DNA from: a virus
Length of the DNA: 45,959 bases
Direction: 5' to 3' (one strand)
IMG/VR virus record: IMGVR_UViG_3300036893_000027
Under the pieces are notes generated by a model. The model was not told the DNA's origin, made no database searches, and saw only the letters and a list, made by a program, of their open reading frames with translations. Within the stretch, counting starts at the first letter, position 1, and each line of letters begins with the position of its first letter. The position numbers and the translations under genes were made by a program. Positions 1-8,836 of the stretch are shown piece by piece.

Positions 1-1
1 T

Positions 2-169
2 CATATCCTTTCTTCAGTGGGAGATGGAAGGATTGAGCACGTTGCTGAACAGCTTAAGATTGACAAAGGATTCATATCAGCTACCAAGTATTTGAGAGAC
101 GAGCTTGGAGTCAGTTTGAATCAGGCTATTTTCCTCGTTCTGTTGATAGAACGATGGAATCAGATCTGA
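2..169 (+). CDS. 3' end of a hypothetical protein (partial, starts upstream of window)
   Basis: Open frame from window edge to TGA at 167-169; protein-like composition; co-directional with all other genes. Confidence 0.35.
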   Translation, partial: HILSSVGDGRIEHVAEQLKIDKGFISATKYLRDELGVSLNQAIFLVLLIERWNQI

Positions 170-181
170 GGGAGGATACAT

Positions 182-307
182 ATGAGACGCAAGCGCAGAG
201 TATGTTGTCAGTGTGGTGGCACTTTGCTTGTGCGGGCTTGTAGGATGTGTGGTAAGTGGTTTTGTCAGCATTGTATGAGTGGACACTTCCACCCTGTTCT
301 ATTTTAG
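182..307 (+). CDS. small Zn-ribbon protein (41 aa, several CxxC pairs)
   Basis: Strong RBS GAGGGAGGA 6 nt upstream of ATG; CCQCGG..CRMCGKWFCQHC; below 60-aa cutoff of ORF track. Confidence 0.5.
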   Translation: MRRKRRVCCQCGGTLLVRACRMCGKWFCQHCMSGHFHPVLF

Positions 308-346
308 CTCGGGTTTTAAATCTTGATTTGAAAGGAGATAACATCA

Positions 347-655
347 ATGGCACCTCAGTATATACTGAGAGTTTCAGTTTATGACAATGGTAATGTTGTT
401 TATTGTGAGGAGTGGGCAGCCACTGGTTTGGCTGATGCTCTTGACCTTGCTACATCCAAAGTGAAGAGGATGGATGATGTCACCCGTGAATTGGTTGACT
501 CGTATGTTGTGTTGAGAAACAATTATCAACTGCTTTGGTTATCAGCTTGTTCTATTGCCAAAGAGTTTGGAGCTGATGTTCCTGACAGGTATAAGGCTGC
601 TATACAGAGGGCTGAGAAGGCAATTGGAGCTTTCAGAAAGGTTTATGGATTCTGA
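347..655 (+). CDS. hypothetical protein
   Basis: ORF with RBS GAAAGGAGA upstream of ATG. Confidence 0.6.
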   Translation: MAPQYILRVSVYDNGNVVYCEEWAATGLADALDLATSKVKRMDDVTRELVDSYVVLRNNYQLLWLSACSIAKEFGADVPDRYKAAIQRAEKAIGAFRKVYGF

Positions 656-709
656 TTAGCTCGAATTTTTGGTGATGTAGATTTAACACACCTGAGATAA
701 GGAGTTAAT

Positions 710-1003
710 ATGATCATCGACGCACTGACCCACGCCGTCTCTGCTCAGAAGCATCTTCAGAGGGGCTTTGTGAAAGAGTATGGCAAACCCCAGCATATGG
801 ATGAGTACAACGTAGGTTTTTACTGGGGTATGCAAGCTTCACTTTCATTGCTTCGGAAAGTGAAGAGACATTGCGATTCCAGGCGTCTTAACCCTGAGTT
901 GCGTGCCTATATGAAGTGCAGGATGCTCCACGACCGTGCTGAGCACAGGCGTTATTTGTTGAAGAGAACCGAGTCTCTCAAACGCAATCAGAAAGGAGGA
1001 TAG
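710..1003 (+). CDS. hypothetical protein
   Basis: ORF with RBS TAAGGAG. Confidence 0.6.
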   Translation: MIIDALTHAVSAQKHLQRGFVKEYGKPQHMDEYNVGFYWGMQASLSLLRKVKRHCDSRRLNPELRAYMKCRMLHDRAEHRRYLLKRTESLKRNQKGG

Positions 1004-1004
1004 T

Positions 1005-1385
1005 ATGTGTTTAAAGTGTAAGAAATTACCTGAGGGTACCAAGTGTCCAGCTATGTTGGCACTTGAGAGGTTGACTCCTGGTGGATCTGAGTTTTGGGAG
1101 GATCCTATTAGGTGTGCTGATATGATTAGGAGCACACGCACAACTCTTATGAATATGCTGGTTCAATACAAGAAGGCTCTCAATCCAGAGTATATGTATA
1201 ATCTTGGATTGAGTGAGGATGAGGGTAAGTTCACCCTATCTGCTCTGCGAACTTTTGTAAAGAATAGAAGGGAGGGAGGTTCTGTAAGAGGCTTATATTT
1301 TACTGGCCTTGTTGAGCGTGTTGCAGATAGGCTTGACAAGATCATATATCCAAATGCACCTACGGGTGAGAAAGGAGAAGGATAA
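1005..1385 (+). CDS. hypothetical protein
   Basis: ORF with RBS AAAGGAGGA; start 2 nt after previous stop. Confidence 0.6.
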   Translation: MCLKCKKLPEGTKCPAMLALERLTPGGSEFWEDPIRCADMIRSTRTTLMNMLVQYKKALNPEYMYNLGLSEDEGKFTLSALRTFVKNRREGGSVRGLYFTGLVERVADRLDKIIYPNAPTGEKGEG

Positions 1386-1591
1386 TGCAGAATTGGTCTT
1401 TAGCTCTGCGTGAACAGCATGCTATGGATAGAATCTTGGTTGATGCTGCCATAGCATGCTTGAATGAAGTTGGGCCTGGTAAATCTGACTTGGCATTTGA
1501 AGTTGGAGCTAAACACGCTCGTATTAGGTTTCACGCCAGTGAGTGTTTCTCCTACTTGACCTGGAAAAATCCCGACTACAAAGGAGATTAG
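1385..1591 (+). CDS. hypothetical protein
   Basis: ATGA start/stop coupling with upstream gene, RBS GGAGAAGG. Confidence 0.5.
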   Translation: MQNWSLALREQHAMDRILVDAAIACLNEVGPGKSDLAFEVGAKHARIRFHASECFSYLTWKNPDYKGD

Positions 1592-1706
1592 AAACAATTA
1601 TGATAGTCGTAATTGTTTCCACTATTATTGCGTGGCTCTGTGTTATGCCGTGCATCTTTGGAGATTAAGTCGAGGGACTTGACACAATTTGGGTAAAGGA
1701 GGAATT

Positions 1707-2009
1707 ATGCCCCATAAGAGCAGGGCGGCTGTAGACTATAATCATTGGCTTGGTCTTTACATCATCTCGGATAATCGCCGGGATTTCTTGTCTGGGTTTA
1801 CTGGCCAGCATTGGGATCCTGAGGCCGACAAGCTAATGGACGAAGTTATTGATAGAGAGTTTGAGGAGGGAGACAAGAAAGGTAGAACGGTTAGACATAA
1901 ACTTTCTCACGCTATTTACCAGGGGTTTCTACTTGGTGTTTGGTGGGCATCAAGAGGATCGTTGTTTCCTGGGAGCAGTATAGCAAAAGAATTCCCACCC
2001 TCACGATGA
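1707..2009 (+). CDS. hypothetical protein
   Basis: Internal ATG at 1707 preceded by AAAGGAGG; the track start at 1689 is a TTG lying inside the RBS. Confidence 0.55.
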   Translation: MPHKSRAAVDYNHWLGLYIISDNRRDFLSGFTGQHWDPEADKLMDEVIDREFEEGDKKGRTVRHKLSHAIYQGFLLGVWWASRGSLFPGSSIAKEFPPSR

Positions 2010-2025
2010 TAGTGCTGGAGGATTT

Positions 2026-2412
2026 ATGAGCACTGATTTTGATATGAAACTATTGGCGTATGTTGATTTGTGCGCTCATATGATAACGAAGGATTATCTG
2101 GGTGAAAGATTTATACCTGGGTATAAAGGCTATCCTTCGTTATTGAGAGACAGAATCAGTGCTCTGAAAGATAGTCTCGCTGTGATGCGTATGGAGTTGG
2201 TTAGCACACAGAGAATGCTATCTATTGCTAGGGCACGTGAACAGAGTGAAAAAGTCGTAGTACTCAGGGAGCTTCCTTCAAAAACTCAGAGACAGATTGC
2301 GGGTTATGTATCTGAGAGTATTAAGCTAAAGAAGGAACTGAGGTTAGCTTATATTAAGATACATAATTTGAAGAAGGAGAACGAGTCATTAAAAAGGTTG
2401 TTGGAGCTTTAG
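2026..2412 (+). CDS. hypothetical protein with C-terminal coiled coil/leucine zipper
   Basis: RBS GGAGGA; heptad-like C-terminus KLKKELRLAYIKIHNLKKENESLKRLLEL. Confidence 0.6.
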   Translation: MSTDFDMKLLAYVDLCAHMITKDYLGERFIPGYKGYPSLLRDRISALKDSLAVMRMELVSTQRMLSIARAREQSEKVVVLRELPSKTQRQIAGYVSESIKLKKELRLAYIKIHNLKKENESLKRLLEL

Positions 2413-2456
2413 CTCAGATTAACTGGGCTGTTTCAGTCATTACATCTGAGGTTAAT

Positions 2457-2768
2457 ATGATTAATGTTTACTCTCATTTTATGTCCGCTCACGATCCGCA
2501 GATTAGGAGATGGAAGCATATGGGCACACCACATAAACTTGCGGTAGCTATTGAGTATTGTAAGTTTATGTCTCGTGGATACGGTGATGATTGGTATATG
2601 GCCAGTATCACACTAACGGTGTGTATGGGTATGTGCATCAATCACGAAATGAAGTGTATAACTCGTATTTGCAAGCATTGCAAGAGTTTTTACACTGGGA
2701 CTGCTTTTGGGCACTGCAAGTTTTGTGGAGGTTGGAACTTTGAGCGGAAAAAAGAAGAAGATACCTAG
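2457..2768 (+). CDS. Cys/His-rich hypothetical protein
   Basis: RBS GAGG; multiple Cys/His pairs (CKHCKSF..HCKFCGG). Confidence 0.55.
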   Translation: MINVYSHFMSAHDPQIRRWKHMGTPHKLAVAIEYCKFMSRGYGDDWYMASITLTVCMGMCINHEMKCITRICKHCKSFYTGTAFGHCKFCGGWNFERKKEEDT

Positions 2769-2775
2769 TTGGTAT

Positions 2776-2922
2776 ATGGTAGTAGTTTTAATCTTTGCGC
2801 TGGGTATGTGGTATTGTGCTATTTGGGCCTATCAGAATAACAATCTTCCCCTATTTCTGTTGGTACAATCCATAGGGCTGATCATTGCCTGGCTGCTATT
2901 TACATTAGCCAAGGAGGAATAG
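2776..2922 (+). CDS. small transmembrane protein (48 aa)
   Basis: ATG 8 nt after previous stop; hydrophobic helix MVVVLIFALGMWYCAIWAY..LIIAWLLF. Confidence 0.4.
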   Translation: MVVVLIFALGMWYCAIWAYQNNNLPLFLLVQSIGLIIAWLLFTLAKEE

Positions 2923-2923
2923 T

Positions 2924-3208
2924 ATGGTGCCGAAGTATGGATTTGAAATGGTGGGGCCATTTCGAATTTATCTCAGGGCCAAAGGCAAGCGAAGAGAGAA
3001 GCTTGTAGCTACCCTTAATAGCAAGGATGCACTTTCACGCTTTATCCTTGCTACTCCTGATTACGAAAAGATGTTTCGTGTTGAAGATATGGGTGCCAGG
3101 TTTATTACACTCCGTCGTGATAGACAGCTGTATAACTCCGATGTTGTTAGACAACAACATCGACTTCGCCTTCCCAAGCCAGAAACGAAGGATCCCGACT
3201 GGGAATAG
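2924..3208 (+). CDS. hypothetical protein
   Basis: RBS AAGGAGGAATAG-ATG. Confidence 0.6.
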   Translation: MVPKYGFEMVGPFRIYLRAKGKRREKLVATLNSKDALSRFILATPDYEKMFRVEDMGARFITLRRDRQLYNSDVVRQQHRLRLPKPETKDPDWE

Positions 3209-3217
3209 GAGAAACTA

Positions 3218-3430
3218 ATGAGGTATGAAATATATGTTGACGGAGAGCATTTGTATACTGCCGTCAAGGCTGATATTGCTTTAATCAGGTTTAATCAGAT
3301 GTTTTGGAGAGCTGAAAAGGAAATTAAGATTGTTAAGATTCCTTTTGAGCAAGGAGGAAAACCCCGTGTTGAAAACGATGCGGCTTTGGTGGGTGCAGTT
3401 GCGAGTAGCAAGGCTGCTAGGCAAGGCTGA
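3218..3430 (+). CDS. hypothetical protein
   Basis: RBS TAGGAGAAACTA-ATG. Confidence 0.55.
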   Translation: MRYEIYVDGEHLYTAVKADIALIRFNQMFWRAEKEIKIVKIPFEQGGKPRVENDAALVGAVASSKAARQG

Positions 3431-3734
3431 GGAATTGGCTCAGTCTGATATACCAGCTGGTGATCAGGTGTATAGAAGCTTATACACTGAGGTAAATGGT
3501 ATCTTGGATACCTTTACCGATAAGTATCCTATGCAAGATATTGAGATAGCTCCAGGTATTAATGATCTCAAGAAGCTTGCATATCCTGAACCTAAACCCA
3601 GTACCGTCAATAACATAGGGACTATTATTATTGGCGCTGCTATTACCTTGTTCACAGCTGCTGTTCTTTGGGGAACAGCAAGTGGAGTTGAACAAGCTGT
3701 TAGTCATCACGTAATGCATTTATTGGGAGGGTAG
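3330..3734 (+). CDS. hypothetical protein with C-terminal TM helix (start uncertain)
   Basis: Long ORF overlapping the previous gene out of frame; the true start may be an internal TTG or ATG. Confidence 0.35.
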   Translation: MLRFLLSKEENPVLKTMRLWWVQLRVARLLGKAEELAQSDIPAGDQVYRSLYTEVNGILDTFTDKYPMQDIEIAPGINDLKKLAYPEPKPSTVNNIGTIIIGAAITLFTAAVLWGTASGVEQAVSHHVMHLLGG

Positions 3735-3735
3735 A

Positions 3736-3951
3736 ATGAAAACAATAAAGCTGTTTTTCGTGTTTGTCTGGGTTATTGTTGTGTATATGGCAGCCTATGT
3801 AGCTGCTATTGGCGTGTTGTGGGGATTGTTTTATGCAGCCGTAGCTGGGATTAGTGGCATCGCTTATCTTCTGGAGAAATACCGTGCTAGGAAGGAGAGA
3901 CGTGCTACCAGGACTATGGAAATCCCTTTTCGGGTTGTTAACGAACGATGA
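3736..3951 (+). CDS. two-helix membrane protein
   Basis: RBS GGGAGG; two hydrophobic helices then a basic tail. Confidence 0.55.
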   Translation: MKTIKLFFVFVWVIVVYMAAYVAAIGVLWGLFYAAVAGISGIAYLLEKYRARKERRATRTMEIPFRVVNER

Positions 3952-4084
3952 ATATCGTGAGCAAGTTAAAGATATAGCTACAACTATATCTCATAACACT
4001 AACGATATTAACAACTATCAGCTCCCTGATAAAGAGAAGAAAGAAGCTCGTGTTATCAGGGATCAGAAGTGGAGGAAGAAGTGA
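3854..4084 (+). CDS. hypothetical protein (large out-of-frame overlap, start uncertain)
   Basis: ORF whose stop overlaps (GTGA) the next small gene's start, which suggests coupling. Confidence 0.3.
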   Translation: MASLIFWRNTVLGRRDVLPGLWKSLFGLLTNDEYREQVKDIATTISHNTNDINNYQLPDKEKKEARVIRDQKWRKK

Positions 4085-4218
4085 ATATCACCGTTGGCCA
4101 GCTTTTGATTTTGATTGTGCTTGGCAATATGCTTTGGGATGGATGCAAGCTTGTGCTTGGCATTCTGTTTACCATAATGGAATACATAATCAAGAGCAAT
4201 AGTCAAAGGGGGAATTGA
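4081..4218 (+). CDS. small transmembrane protein (45 aa, GTG start)
   Basis: RBS GGAGGAAGAA then GTG; hydrophobic LLILIVLGNMLW..LVLGILFTIM; its stop overlaps the next ATG (TGATG). Confidence 0.35.
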   Translation: MNITVGQLLILIVLGNMLWDGCKLVLGILFTIMEYIIKSNSQRGN

Positions 4219-4580
4219 TGGTAACTGAATTCGTTTTATATGAATTGGTTACTACGGTTGGCAGCTTGTTTGGCATCAAGCTTGTTAATGCCAAGCGCCA
4301 GCTGAGGGGAATTAACAGGCCTAAGCAATTGCCTGTTATAGACAAGGCTCTTCGTAAGAAGGTAGGCACTATGTCTGCCACTGAGGTTGTTATCTCGAAG
4401 AACCTTATTAGGTTCGTTAACACTATTATGAGATATAGGGCTGTGCAATATCTCATTGTGTTGGTAATGAGGAAAACCCGTGCAGAAGCTGACAAAAAGA
4501 TTAGGGTTATTGGTAGCTGCCATAGTAATACCAGGGGGATTTATTGCCCTGGGCGTTTATTGGTTGGCAAGCCGAGCTAA
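4218..4580 (+). CDS. hypothetical protein
   Basis: RBS AAAGGGGGAA; ATG at 4218 (the track TTG at 4215 is adjacent). Confidence 0.55.
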   Translation: MVTEFVLYELVTTVGSLFGIKLVNAKRQLRGINRPKQLPVIDKALRKKVGTMSATEVVISKNLIRFVNTIMRYRAVQYLIVLVMRKTRAEADKKIRVIGSCHSNTRGIYCPGRLLVGKPS

Positions 4581-4592
4581 GAAGGAGGTTGT

Positions 4593-4802
4593 GTGAGCGA
4601 TGATTTAAAAGCTCTAATCCTCCGAGTAATAAGGCAGGCTGGACACTTCTGTATATATCCTACTAAGTTTAATAAAGAGTATCTTGATGCTCTTGATCAG
4701 CTGGAGAAAAGTGGGATTATAGAGAAGTATTCTGTGTCCCATCCCAAGCATAAATATGCTGGTTATGTTTATGTTAAAAGGGGACACAAAGGAGACATCT
4801 AA
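4593..4802 (+). CDS. hypothetical protein (GTG start)
   Basis: RBS TAAGAAGGAGG 6 nt upstream of GTG. Confidence 0.5.
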   Translation: MSDDLKALILRVIRQAGHFCIYPTKFNKEYLDALDQLEKSGIIEKYSVSHPKHKYAGYVYVKRGHKGDI

Positions 4803-5122
4803 TGATATTCACTCCAAGTTCTACAAGTTCTTATATTGCTGGAGCTGGATTTTGGGCTACGGTATGGGCTATGTTGTTTAAGGCTGACACATTTGCCCCC
4901 AAGAAATTGAAGGTTCGTAGAAAGATATTCCGCTGGATTGGTAAGCATCCAGTTGAGGCAATAGTTGTTAGTGAGCTTACTAACTATGGCATTCACGGTG
5001 TGAGTAATCCACTGAGTGTAATGACTGCCATTGGTGGAACCGTTGTAAACACCATTATGGTTATGGGTGTTTGGATTTGGTACTTGGTTATTGGGAAGAA
5101 ATCTGAGCTGGCAAGGAGTTAA
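4802..5122 (+). CDS. membrane protein
   Basis: RBS AAAGGAGA; several hydrophobic segments. Confidence 0.55.
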   Translation: MIFTPSSTSSYIAGAGFWATVWAMLFKADTFAPKKLKVRRKIFRWIGKHPVEAIVVSELTNYGIHGVSNPLSVMTAIGGTVVNTIMVMGVWIWYLVIGKKSELARS

Positions 5123-5123
5123 T

Positions 5124-5294
5124 ATGGGTGGTAAGAGAGTGGAAGAGCACGAGAAGTGCGTCTACTTGATTCATCCAAGATTTAAGATGCCTTTTTTCAG
5201 GTGCAACCTTAGGGTTATACCTGGCACAGACTATTGTAAACGCCACACCAAAAAGGAGGCTAAGAATGTCAGTGGAGAGACACCCCAACATTAA
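5124..5294 (+). CDS. small Cys-containing protein
   Basis: Internal ATG 5124 with RBS AAGGAG; the track ORF 5067 otherwise overlaps the upstream gene. Confidence 0.5.
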   Translation: MGGKRVEEHEKCVYLIHPRFKMPFFRCNLRVIPGTDYCKRHTKKEAKNVSGETPQH

Positions 5295-5460
5295 TGCAGC
5301 TGGGTTATACCAAGATGTTATAACTGCATATCTTCAACGCTTACGTGGTGCAGCCCAAAGAGCAGAGAATAGGAGAGCTGCAATTGATGTTCTTCATCCT
5401 TTGGTCACCGATTTTATCAATAAGCTTGACGCAGCTCTCGATGAGAGGTTTCCACCGTGA
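5266..5460 (+). CDS. hypothetical protein
   Basis: RBS AAAAGGAGG. Confidence 0.5.
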   Translation: MSVERHPNINAAGLYQDVITAYLQRLRGAAQRAENRRAAIDVLHPLVTDFINKLDAALDERFPP

Positions 5461-5650
5461 ACCCTGAGAGTATTAGCAGTATGTTATTTGGCCAGCTCAG
5501 GTATATGTCGATTTTACTCATACCAAGCTTGATTAGGTATGGGGCTGATGTGTGTGCCCACTATGTATATTATTGTTATACATATGGGTTTATACACTTC
5601 AATATGGCGTTGTTGCATTTGCTGTAAAATTGAGGAGAAAGGAGAGAACA

Positions 5651-5878
5651 ATGAACCTACGTCTGTGGTTAAGCAAGCATCCACGCTTGACTCGCATTTG
5701 GAGCGATGAATCAGGGCAGGATATTATCGAGTATGCCTTGATCCTTGCTCTGATTGCGATGTTGGCAGTGACAGGGTTTCCTCCACTGGCAACAGCAATT
5801 CAGAAGGTGTTCACTGGAGCTCAGACTTGTCTGAATGCTCCAACAACCTGTGGTGCTACCACTGGTGGCACCAACTAA
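5651..5878 (+). CDS. Flp/Fap-family type IVb pilin homolog
   Basis: ATG 5651 with RBS GGAGAAAGGAGAG; leader plus DESGQDIIEYALILALIAMLAV, matching the Flp signature (xDExGxxxIEYxLIxAxIA). Confidence 0.55.
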   Translation: MNLRLWLSKHPRLTRIWSDESGQDIIEYALILALIAMLAVTGFPPLATAIQKVFTGAQTCLNAPTTCGATTGGTN

Positions 5879-5888
5879 CAATTAAACC

Positions 5889-5908
5889 ATTGGTATAATG
5901 TGCCAATA
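5889..5908 (+). promoter_or_regulatory. promoter-like motif ATTGGTATAATGTGCCAATA (extended -10 TGGTATAAT)
   Basis: Perfect TGnTATAAT; the motif is repeated at 5991-6010. Confidence 0.45.
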
Positions 5909-5990
5909 GCAGGACTGTATTCGTTTCATTTGTGGCAGGAGCTATTCTATCTAAGCGGCTCTGGAGGCTACAATAGAATACAGTCCTGAT

Positions 5991-6010
5991 ATTGGCATAA
6001 TGTGCCAATA
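5991..6010 (+). promoter_or_regulatory. second copy of promoter-like motif (TGGCATAAT)
   Basis: Near-identical 20-mer, 102 bp downstream of the first copy. Confidence 0.4.
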
Positions 6011-6110
6011 AACAGACTGTGTACAGGGTTATTACAAGCAGGTTGGTGTAAGGCATCACGGTACTGGAGAACACCAACTGAAAGCTTGTGATAGTACACA
6101 GTCTGTATTA

Positions 6111-6183
<73 letters not shown>

Positions 6184-6254
6184 CCAATTTCTGTAAGTTC
6201 TGTGTTGCTGTGGCACAGATGTAGTGTAGTGAATAACAGTGAAAGGAGGGCCAA

Positions 6255-6470
6255 GTGCGCTACATAAAAGTGCTGAAGACTCTTGCTATTGTTGTAGGCG
6301 GAAGTCTTTCAGCTCTGGGTGTTTACTTTCTCTATCGCTCTATGTTTGGCGGGACTCCAGCTATTGAAGCTGATAGTCGTGCTGTTCAGGGAGCGTGGCG
6401 TAGTGCTGTTTCCGGCATTGCGAATCTGTTCCGTCGTAGTAGAACAGATGAGACAGTAATAGCTGCGTAG
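6255..6470 (+). CDS. hypothetical membrane-associated protein (GTG start)
   Basis: RBS GAAAGGAGGG then GTG; hydrophobic N-terminus. Confidence 0.5.
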   Translation: MRYIKVLKTLAIVVGGSLSALGVYFLYRSMFGGTPAIEADSRAVQGAWRSAVSGIANLFRRSRTDETVIAA

Positions 6471-6520
6471 TTGGGTGAGGCTAGTAATAGCCTCACTTTA
6501 AATCACAATCAGGAGGTGTT

Positions 6521-6760
6521 ATGTCAAATAAGGGAACCAAGTGGAGTGCTGAACGACGTGCCAAATTCAAAGCCAGCTGGGCTGCGAGGATGGCAGAAAA
6601 GAGGGCTCAAAAGAATCGTCTGGGTAAGTCGAGGAATGAATCCAATACCGTTGTAGCATTGGCTCTTCCTTCCATTGATACATTCGATTCAGATGATGTG
6701 AAAGCCCTGTTGAGGATGCAGCGTAAGCATCCTCATCTGTTTGACGGTTGGCTGGATTAA
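6521..6760 (+). CDS. basic hypothetical protein
   Basis: RBS AATCAGGAGGTG. Confidence 0.6.
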   Translation: MSNKGTKWSAERRAKFKASWAARMAEKRAQKNRLGKSRNESNTVVALALPSIDTFDSDDVKALLRMQRKHPHLFDGWLD

Positions 6761-6779
6761 TTCCAGCTAAACACAGGCT

Positions 6780-6819
6780 GGGTGAATTGTAGTTCTTGGG
6801 CAATTCACCCTTCCTTTGA
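6780..6819 (+). terminator. putative intrinsic terminator
   Basis: 10-bp perfect stem GGGTGAATTG/CAATTCACCC followed by TTCCTTTG. Confidence 0.45.
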
Positions 6820-6836
6820 TAAGCCTTGCCATTTTT
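6814..6836 (+). promoter_or_regulatory. conserved motif CTTTGATAAGCCnnGnCATTTTT (copy 1)
   Basis: Same 23-nt motif recurs at 11903-11925 upstream of another gene. Confidence 0.3.
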
Positions 6837-6948
6837 CGCCATAGTTGTGTGGGCTATAGGCGTGTTGTGGAAATAACCACACCGACTGACGGGTGGAGGG
6901 TGTGCTTATCTCAATAGTGGGGGCTCACCCTCCATTAAAATAGGAGAT

Positions 6949-7131
6949 ATGATGAATGAAAAGCAGTTCTATGACTTCTTAGCTGAAACAAGATCTATGA
7001 CCACGGATGAACTGCTCCATTGTGTGCTTGATATAACAGCGACAGAGTGTGAGCATTGGTTTGTCAAGGTAAATATGATCTTTTCTGAGCTGGAAAGGAG
7101 GGGATGGAATGATGAGGTCGATGGCTTTTAG
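6949..7131 (+). CDS. hypothetical protein
   Basis: RBS ATAGGAGAT. Confidence 0.55.
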   Translation: MMNEKQFYDFLAETRSMTTDELLHCVLDITATECEHWFVKVNMIFSELERRGWNDEVDGF

Positions 7132-7528
7132 ATGGAGGATTTATTGGGTTGGCTTGATAGCCGCTTTGTTTGGGCTTTTGTGGTTTAAGAATAAGAAATA
7201 CTATCCTGATAAAGGTTGGCGCTGGACAGGTGGTAAGTCCATTCTTGAATGCCTCGGTCTTGTTGTTTCGGCCATATATATGCCAGCTTTGATTGTGGCT
7301 TATGCCAGTATATGGTTGACCAGAAACATCAAACATCAATACATTAAGCTGGCTGCAAGTGTAATAGTCAGCATACCTCTTATGCTTATGGGCAACCTTC
7401 TTCTTGAGGGCCTTGTTATTATAGGTGCCTTTGCCATTGAACTGCTGTCCTCCGATGTGATACGATATTATCGTGAAAGGAGGAATAAACGATATGGAGT
7501 ATCAACAGAAGTCGCTCAATCTGCGTGA
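7109..7528 (+). CDS. multi-pass membrane protein
   Basis: RBS GGAAAGGAGGGG; three or four hydrophobic helices. Confidence 0.6.
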   Translation: MMRSMAFRWRIYWVGLIAALFGLLWFKNKKYYPDKGWRWTGGKSILECLGLVVSAIYMPALIVAYASIWLTRNIKHQYIKLAASVIVSIPLMLMGNLLLEGLVIIGAFAIELLSSDVIRYYRERRNKRYGVSTEVAQSA

Positions 7529-7721
7529 GCTGATAGATGAGCTCTGGGCTTTGTATTTTGTTTTTATCAAGGGTTTGTGGCTATCTGCTACATCCTTGTT
7601 GTATATGTTTGCTTTACTTATGTATACAACAGCCCAATGGTTCTTTGTTGGTAGTAAGAGATTGTATGTTAAAGCACAGGACTGGAAGCCTGTCAGACCT
7701 GTTATCTTTAACATCGAATAG
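7494..7721 (+). CDS. membrane protein
   Basis: Internal ATG 7494 with RBS GAAAGGAGGAATAAAC; hydrophobic core. Confidence 0.5.
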   Translation: MEYQQKSLNLRELIDELWALYFVFIKGLWLSATSLLYMFALLMYTTAQWFFVGSKRLYVKAQDWKPVRPVIFNIE

Positions 7722-7729
7722 GAGGTCTT

Positions 7730-8215
7730 ATGGCTGCGAGGAAGTTCTTGTGCTGGAATTGCAAACATAACGGCAAGCTTAAGCTTGTTGCTGGTAGATA
7801 TGTTTGTAGTAAGTGCAAGAAGGAGCCTAAGAAGGTCTATTGCCAAAACTGCGGCCGTAAGATATGGGCCTCTGATGGGACTTGGATACACAATACTTAT
7901 GTAAGGTGTACCCCTCAGCCTTACATACATTACGATGAGTATAACGGAGGCTCCTATACATATGGAGGTGTTAGTTGTGGCTATCATAATCCACGCCTGT
8001 TAACTTCCAATCCTCCTACTTATAACTGGTGCGTTTGTGATTACGAGGGTAAACCAGTTTTGAATTGCACCTGTGAGACTTACAAGAAAGAGAGGGATAG
8101 GCTCATTGACAAGCGGAACGCTGCAATTCATCGGGACGAAGAAATCAAGCGTAAGAAAAGAGATAAGGTATTAGCCAAGTTTGAAAAGCTTGGTATAAGG
8201 TTGGAGATTATATAG
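7730..8215 (+). CDS. Zn-ribbon / multi-CxxC protein
   Basis: RBS TAGGAGGTC; CWNC..CSKC..CQNC and further Cys clusters. Confidence 0.6.
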   Translation: MAARKFLCWNCKHNGKLKLVAGRYVCSKCKKEPKKVYCQNCGRKIWASDGTWIHNTYVRCTPQPYIHYDEYNGGSYTYGGVSCGYHNPRLLTSNPPTYNWCVCDYEGKPVLNCTCETYKKERDRLIDKRNAAIHRDEEIKRKKRDKVLAKFEKLGIRLEII

Positions 8216-8223
8216 GAGGTATT

Positions 8224-8472
8224 ATGCCAGTGCTTCGTGGTAGAGACAAAAGTGTAAGACCTGCTTTGAACGCAGTGATTGAGATAGCACATAGTCTTTC
8301 TCAATTGCGGGCTATTATTTATCTTTATCCGAATGTCAAGGGTCTCAAAGCCGAAGTGGAGCACGCTGAAGACCATCTTGAAAATGCCATCTATCACTTG
8401 AACCTTGAACTTGGGAGGTCAAATGTTAAAGGAAAAGTTGGATGTAATGCTACCATTCCAGTCAAGATATAG
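8224..8472 (+). CDS. hypothetical protein
   Basis: RBS TAGGAGGTATT-ATG. Confidence 0.55.
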   Translation: MPVLRGRDKSVRPALNAVIEIAHSLSQLRAIIYLYPNVKGLKAEVEHAEDHLENAIYHLNLELGRSNVKGKVGCNATIPVKI

Positions 8473-8836
8473 TCTTGAAAAACCCCTTCTTGTCAGGATT
8501 TATCCACATCTACTCGAGAGTGCCTGCCGTAGAAAGTCCTATAGGAGCTATGATATAGGACTTTCCCATAATGATTTAGATACTACTGCTCATATGCTGT
8601 CTGTATTGTCTCACGAGCTTGGACATATAATGCTTGATATTACGGGGTTACCATTTGCTTTTGGACTTTTGAACCAGCCAGATTCTTATTCTGCCCGTAA
8701 GTATGTCTATAGGACGGAGTCTAAGGCTTGGGATAAAGCTAGGTTAATATTTGAAGAGACCAGGAAGCTTTGTCTGCGTAGCTATGAAAGGGATTTAGGA
8801 TTGGAGGATCCTTTTGCTAAAAGACAAACTGATTGA
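8423..8836 (+). CDS. putative HExxH zinc metallopeptidase (ImmA/IrrE-like)
   Basis: ATG 8423 with RBS GGGAGG; motif LSHELGHIMLD. Confidence 0.5.
   Translation: MLKEKLDVMLPFQSRYSLEKPLLVRIYPHLLESACRRKSYRSYDIGLSHNDLDTTAHMLSVLSHELGHIMLDITGLPFAFGLLNQPDSYSARKYVYRTESKAWDKARLIFEETRKLCLRSYERDLGLEDPFAKRQTD

Noticed and set aside
6471-6656. 61-aa + ORF overlapping the start of 6521-6760
   Set aside because: No RBS. The overlapping ORF at 6521 has a canonical AGGAGG RBS and a longer product. Similar frame-shadow ORFs (12073-12270, 21804-22019, 27940-28185, 25103-25300, 26806-27066, 29462-29698) were rejected for the same reason.
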